64,000 bases of DNA from Oscillatoria sp. FACHB-1406. Its GTDB lineage: Bacteria; Cyanobacteriota; Cyanobacteriia; Cyanobacteriales; Spirulinaceae. The translations under genes were made by a program, and so were the position numbers. Location: the NCBI RefSeq assembly GCF_014698145.1, contig NZ_JACJSM010000001.1:88633-152632 (forward strand). Direction: 5' to 3'. Every line of letters begins with the position of its first letter. Position 1 is the stretch's first letter. Positions 59,656 to 64,000 of the stretch are shown here, piece after piece. The notes under the pieces were generated by a model that was given only the letters and a program-made list of their open reading frames with translations, was not told the DNA's origin and did not search any database.

Positions 59656-60159
59656 ATGCTTCGTCTCCTCTTGCATTTCCCGCGACTAGATGGAGAGAGT
59701 ATGGACTTAACGACGGTGGAACATTCAGTTCGAGAAATTGGGATGACCGCCCCGACAATTTTGGCGGTTGACGATCATGAAGATTGCTTAATCTTATTGG
59801 TAAATATTTTGGAATTGATGGGCTGTACTTGTATCGCAGCCGGTACTGCCAAAGAAGCTTTATCTAAAATTGGAAGTTGTCCCCTCGATCTTATTTTATT
59901 GGATATCGTGTTGCCGGATATGAATGGGCTAGAACTTTTAGCTCGAGTGCGGAAGAAATACCCGGGCAATAAAGTACCTGCGATCGCAGTAACTGGACTG
60001 GTGTCCCGACAGGAGAGAGCGCGCATTCAAAAAGCAGGTTTCGACGATTATCTTTGTAAGCCTTACTCAATCGGCGATCTGGAATGTTTGCTTCACCGTC
60101 ACCTCGATGGAAAATTAACTGCCGGACCGAGTTTGAACGGTAAAGCTCAGTGGTTTTAA
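59656..60159 (+). CDS. stand-alone response regulator receiver (CheY-like)
   Basis: REC domain (ILAVDDHED...DLILLDIVLPDMNGLELL...AIAVTGL...AGFDDYLCKP). No output domain. Confidence 0.75.
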   Translation: MLRLLLHFPRLDGESMDLTTVEHSVREIGMTAPTILAVDDHEDCLILLVNILELMGCTCIAAGTAKEALSKIGSCPLDLILLDIVLPDMNGLELLARVRKKYPGNKVPAIAVTGLVSRQERARIQKAGFDDYLCKPYSIGDLECLLHRHLDGKLTAGPSLNGKAQWF

Positions 60160-60171
60160 GATCGCTCACTT

Positions 60172-61716
60172 CTAAGTGACCGTCTTCCGAGCCTCGACCC
60201 AAGTTACAATTGCTGCGGTTAAGCCTTCTAGAGTATATTCTCTAGCCTCAACATCAACGCGATCGCACAATTCGTAGCAAGTTTTTGAGGTTTGAGGACC
60301 GATGGAAGCAATGCAAATATTTTCGAGATATTGCTGCGGGGAGAGGGAGAGTTCGCGAGTCAGGAGATGGCAGAAGTTTTGGACGGTTTTGGAACTGGCA
60401 AAGGTGACAATATCGATCGCTTGGCGTTGGAAAGCAGCTAATACGGCGGGTGGAACGCGATCGGGACAGGCGGATTGATAGGCGGGGACTTCGACGACAG
60501 TTGCACCGCGTTCGCGCAGTTCTCGCACTAAAACATCGCGTCCCCCGGTTTCCACGCGGGGGAAGAGGATTTTTTGACCTTTGAGGGGTTCGGGAAAATG
60601 TTCGACAAGGGAATCGGCGACAAAATCGGGCGGAATAAAGTCCGGCTTGAGGTTTTGCTTTTCTAGGGCGGCGGCAGTTTTTTTGCCAACGACGGCAATT
60701 TTTAGGCTGGCGAGGGAGCGAACATCGGGTAGCGATCGCACTAACCGCTTGAAAAAGTAGTCTACCGCATTACTGGAGGTCAGAATCAACCACTGGAAGC
60801 TTGGGAGATAGGCGATCGCGCCATCTAGCGGAACCCAACTCGAGGGCGGTACAATTTCTAGGGCGGGCATTTCGATAACGCTAGCCCCCTGCGCTTGTAA
60901 CAATTGGGAAAAAGCGCTCGACTGTTCGGCAGCGCGGGTTACTAGAACGGTTTTCCCGGAAAGGGGCAGTGGGGAAACAGAAAAAGACTCGGACATTTGA
61001 AATAAGGGACGCAAGTTAACGACTTCTCCAGCGATAATGACGCAAGGAGAGAGGGAAACGCCAGAGGTGCGATCGAGAATATTATCTAGCGTTCCCTGCC
61101 AAATTTGTCGATCGGGATTGCCGCAATTGCGGATAATCGCAATTGGCAAGGAAGGATTGCGCCCGAACTGTTGCAAGAACTCGACAATCGCTGCTAAATT
61201 GCGCCCGCCCATCAGAAACACCAGCGTATCGAGGCGAGAAAGCGCTTCCCAATCCAAGCTATCCGGTTGATGGGCGCTAACGACGGCGAAGGTATTGCTG
61301 AGGTGTTTATCGGTGAGAGGGATGCCTGCTAATAAAGGGGCAGCAAGGGCGGAGGAAAGTCCGGGAACGATTTCAAAAGGACATCCCGCCATTTTTAGGG
61401 CTTCAACTTCTTCGCGGGCGCGCCCGAAGATTAAGGGATCGCCACTTTTGAGGCGAACGACTTGCTTTCCTTGCTGGCAGTAGGTTACGAGTAAACGATC
61501 GATTTCTGCTTGGGGCATACTGGGTTTGCCGCCGCGCTTACCGACATCGATATAGAGGCAATTCGGCGGTAAAAGTTGCAGCAGTTCGGGGTTAATGAGG
61601 GCATCGCAGATCGCAACATCGGCACAACGCAAAAGTTGTTCGCCCCGATGGGTTAGGTAATCCCAACTTCCCACGCCCACACCGACGAGATAGACTTTGC
61701 CGAGATTAAAGTTCAA
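60172..61716 (-). CDS. cobA: bifunctional uroporphyrinogen-III C-methyltransferase / uroporphyrinogen-III synthase (CobA-HemD fusion)
   Basis: N-terminal TP-methylase domain (VYLVGVGVGSWDYLT...VVRLKSGDPLIFGR..EE...GCPFEIVPGLSS) and C-terminal HEM4 domain. Confidence 0.8.
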   Translation of the reverse strand: MNFNLGKVYLVGVGVGSWDYLTHRGEQLLRCADVAICDALINPELLQLLPPNCLYIDVGKRGGKPSMPQAEIDRLLVTYCQQGKQVVRLKSGDPLIFGRAREEVEALKMAGCPFEIVPGLSSALAAPLLAGIPLTDKHLSNTFAVVSAHQPDSLDWEALSRLDTLVFLMGGRNLAAIVEFLQQFGRNPSLPIAIIRNCGNPDRQIWQGTLDNILDRTSGVSLSPCVIIAGEVVNLRPLFQMSESFSVSPLPLSGKTVLVTRAAEQSSAFSQLLQAQGASVIEMPALEIVPPSSWVPLDGAIAYLPSFQWLILTSSNAVDYFFKRLVRSLPDVRSLASLKIAVVGKKTAAALEKQNLKPDFIPPDFVADSLVEHFPEPLKGQKILFPRVETGGRDVLVRELRERGATVVEVPAYQSACPDRVPPAVLAAFQRQAIDIVTFASSKTVQNFCHLLTRELSLSPQQYLENICIASIGPQTSKTCYELCDRVDVEAREYTLEGLTAAIVTWVEARKTVT

Positions 61717-61849
61717 GGTATTTCCTAACTGCTAAAGTCATGTTTTACAAAACTAATTGAATGAAGTTTAAGACCAATACAGAGGTAGGTTATTAGCTCG
61801 TTATAGCCAATACCCTGGCTTAAACTGACTGGGCTTAGAAACTGTTTTT

Positions 61850-62836
61850 TTAACTTAAGGATTCTGCTAGCATCTTTTTGACGTAATTCGGCAAAGCAAA
61901 GGCAGCTTGGTGAATTTCGGCATTGTAGTATTGCAAGTTGTTCTCGCGCTCAAAAGCTGCAACGCTTTCAGAACTCACTTTACGAGGATCGATCGCACCG
62001 TTTGAAGCGAGTTGAAAACTCCAAATTCCAGAAGGATAAGTCGGGATTTGAAACAGTAAAACGTAAACTCGATCCGCTCCGAAAATCTTTTTTAAACAGG
62101 CATTTAGTTCTGCAAAAACTGTTTGATGAAAGGCAGGAGATTCAGCTTGCGTTACGAGTAAACCATTGGGCTTGAGCGCGCGCTGGCAATTGCGATAAAA
62201 TTCAGCAGAAAAAAGTCCTTCGGCTGGCCCGACTGGATCGGAACCATCGATAATAATTAAGTCGTAACTTTCGGCAGCAGCATCGGCAATAAATTTGAGT
62301 CCGTCGCCAACTTGAAGATCGAGTTTGGGATGGGAAAAACTTTGGGAGAGGGTGGGAAGATGGAGCTTGCAAGCTTCGATGACGTTTGCATCGATTTCTA
62401 CCATCACGACTCGCTCGATTTCGGGATGTTTAAGAATTTCTCGCACTGTCCCGCCATCACCGCCGCCGATGACGAGAACATCTTTAACAGCACCGTGGGC
62501 TAAAATTGCGGGATGCGCGATTGTTTCGTGGTAATGCGCTTCGTCCTTCTCAGTACACATGACCATGTTATCGATTGTCAGTGTTTTCCCGTAGCCATAG
62601 GTCTCAATAATCCGAACTCGCTGAAATTCTGAGGTTTTATCGTAGAGGATTTCACCCGTGTAGCGTAGGGCAAGAGCTTGGTTTTCATCGGCATCGGTAA
62701 ACCAATATTGGCGATCGCGCGGAGAGGTTTCTGCATTTGCCTGCATTTTACTGTCCGGCTGGATTTGAATCGAGTCCATATGCGCCCCTTTGCAAAAAAG
62801 TTGAGATAGGGTTATAAGATACCGCAATTGCGGCAT
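61850..62836 (-). CDS. speE: polyamine aminopropyltransferase (spermidine synthase)
   Basis: VLVIGGGDGGTVREILKH...VVMVEIDANVIE...DLIIIDGSDPVGPAEGLF. The N-terminal ~20-30 aa of the ORF are probably not translated. Confidence 0.8.
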   Translation of the reverse strand: MPQLRYLITLSQLFCKGAHMDSIQIQPDSKMQANAETSPRDRQYWFTDADENQALALRYTGEILYDKTSEFQRVRIIETYGYGKTLTIDNMVMCTEKDEAHYHETIAHPAILAHGAVKDVLVIGGGDGGTVREILKHPEIERVVMVEIDANVIEACKLHLPTLSQSFSHPKLDLQVGDGLKFIADAAAESYDLIIIDGSDPVGPAEGLFSAEFYRNCQRALKPNGLLVTQAESPAFHQTVFAELNACLKKIFGADRVYVLLFQIPTYPSGIWSFQLASNGAIDPRKVSSESVAAFERENNLQYYNAEIHQAAFALPNYVKKMLAESLS

Positions 62837-62924
62837 TCTTGGATCGGGGGGAGACAGAGTGAGGGGGTGATGGGGTGCGCGATGAATTCAACGATTAAGT
62901 CAAATTTCTTAATTCTTAATACTA

Positions 62925-63071
62925 ATTCCCAACTCCCAACTAATAGCTATAGCAGTTTTCACCTAGATGAGGTACACCCAGCGGGCGAATACCATTCGCC
63001 CCGTCTCGAAATCCGCGCCCCTACCGATTTGATTTTTGGAACTGTACCTCACGCCAACGAAAAACGCTATA
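62925..63071. repeat. degenerate, TIR-less relative of the MITE-like element at 29828..30064
   Basis: It shares GCTATAGCAGTTTTCA(a/c)(t/c)T(g/a)GATGAGGTACA and GTACCTCACGC(a/c)(c/a)A(t/c)GAAAAACGCTATA with the 29828 element, with a different central hairpin (GGGCGAATACCATTCGCCC). Confidence 0.5.
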
Positions 63072-63109
63072 TTCATTATTCATGATTCATCATTCATTAT
63101 TCATTAAAA

Positions 63110-63973
63110 TCAGGGCAGCCAACGAGGGCGCATTCCGGTAAGGGGAAGCTCAACTAAGTCGGGCTGAGATTTTTCGTCGGGGACGGCGGAAGGAGCAATA
63201 AGCAGCCAAAGTTTGCTGGAAACGATCGCGTCGCCAGAATTCGTTCTTAATAAGGCTCTATCGTTGAGGTTAGAATCGACAATGATGCGATCGAATAAAA
63301 CCCCAATTCCATCGGGGGCTAAACTCATCTGTATATCTCGATAGTCGGGCAGCTTAACAATGGGCGCGCCCTTTGCTTTTTCTAAATCGATCGCGGCAAA
63401 ATAGGGTTTTTCGAGATATTTTTCGCCTTCGGAAACTTCTGTTAGCAAGCAATACAAAATCGTACTCGAAGGGCTGAATTGACAGTTAACAATTGAGCCT
63501 TTCACGTCGGCAACTTTGCGCTGCGTGCCAAGAGCGTCTACTACATAAAGCGATTGGACGTAGCGCAATTTCGGATCGTTTTGATTGAAATTTACGAAAA
63601 CGGCAGCGGAACCGTCTCGATTGAAACTCAGAATTCTGCCAAATTGCGGTAAGAAATCTAGAGCTTTTTCTTGTTCGTTGAGGGGAAAAACAGCAATTCC
63701 TTCACCTTTAGCGGCGACAAGGGTTTGACTGTCCGGCGCGATCGCAAAATCGCCGCTCGGTGTATCGTTAAGGGGTTGAATTTCGTTATTCTCTCGTTTA
63801 ATCCAAAGTTTGGTATCAGCAGGATTTTTGCGATTGATACGCTGAATGACGATGTTTTTGCCATCGCGAGAGAGATCGAATTTGAGGTTTTGATAGTCTT
63901 GATTATTTACGACTCGTTCGATACTGTTAGCAGTTGGTTCTGCGGTGTCTAAGCCCGTAGGAACTTCGTACAA
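63110..63973 (-). CDS. hypothetical protein, possibly beta-propeller-like; reading frame stays open to the window edge, so the 5' end may be truncated
   Basis: 287-aa ORF. The frame upstream of Met 63973 has no stop through base 64000. Confidence 0.5.
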   Translation of the reverse strand: MYEVPTGLDTAEPTANSIERVVNNQDYQNLKFDLSRDGKNIVIQRINRKNPADTKLWIKRENNEIQPLNDTPSGDFAIAPDSQTLVAAKGEGIAVFPLNEQEKALDFLPQFGRILSFNRDGSAAVFVNFNQNDPKLRYVQSLYVVDALGTQRKVADVKGSIVNCQFSPSSTILYCLLTEVSEGEKYLEKPYFAAIDLEKAKGAPIVKLPDYRDIQMSLAPDGIGVLFDRIIVDSNLNDRALLRTNSGDAIVSSKLWLLIAPSAVPDEKSQPDLVELPLTGMRPRWLP

Positions 63974-64000
63974 TTGCTGTTCGAGGACATCAATGCTACC

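Overview
A 64-kb chromosomal window from a cyanobacterium. The HIP1 octamer GCGATCGC recurs throughout it. The left third holds a complete phycocyanin operon on the minus strand (cpcB-cpcA-cpcC2-cpcC1-cpcD-cpcE). It also holds folC, an ammonium transporter with a candidate NtcA box, pgi, an SLH-domain porin, a separately located CpcS/CpeS-type bilin lyase gene, map, and a cobalamin riboswitch in front of a HupE/UreJ metal transporter. The middle holds a DppB-like permease and a Ser/Thr kinase fused to an FGE-sulfatase domain that is split by an in-frame TGA. It also holds a menA/menF divergent pair and a tRNA-Thr next to a HigB/HigA toxin-antitoxin pair flanked by MITE-like repeats. A secreted lipoprotein, an M23 peptidase and a second SLH porin follow. 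The right half is the conserved cyanobacterial ribosomal-protein/secY/adk/infA/rpoA/truA/prfA super-operon on the minus strand. After it come mtnP, mreBCD, ssb, a SIMPL-domain protein, an orphan response regulator, cobA-hemD, speE and a hypothetical protein at the edge. Several findings stand out. There is a 729-aa SAM-methyltransferase-like protein with an internally duplicated ~100-aa flanking domain, not adjacent to any obvious partner genes. There is a previously unnamed family of TIR-bounded miniature repeats (CTGTAGAGACGTTGTATA termini), including a 'solo' TIR-TIR palindrome. An AT-rich GGACAAT/TTGACAAT palindromic element family sits between genes. A nested-hairpin element lies downstream of the methyltransferase-like gene. 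A dispersed 38-bp hairpin repeat is present. A nonsense codon interrupts the kinase-FGE gene. Starts of several ribosomal genes were re-assigned from the ORF track to conserved GTG/ATG starts.
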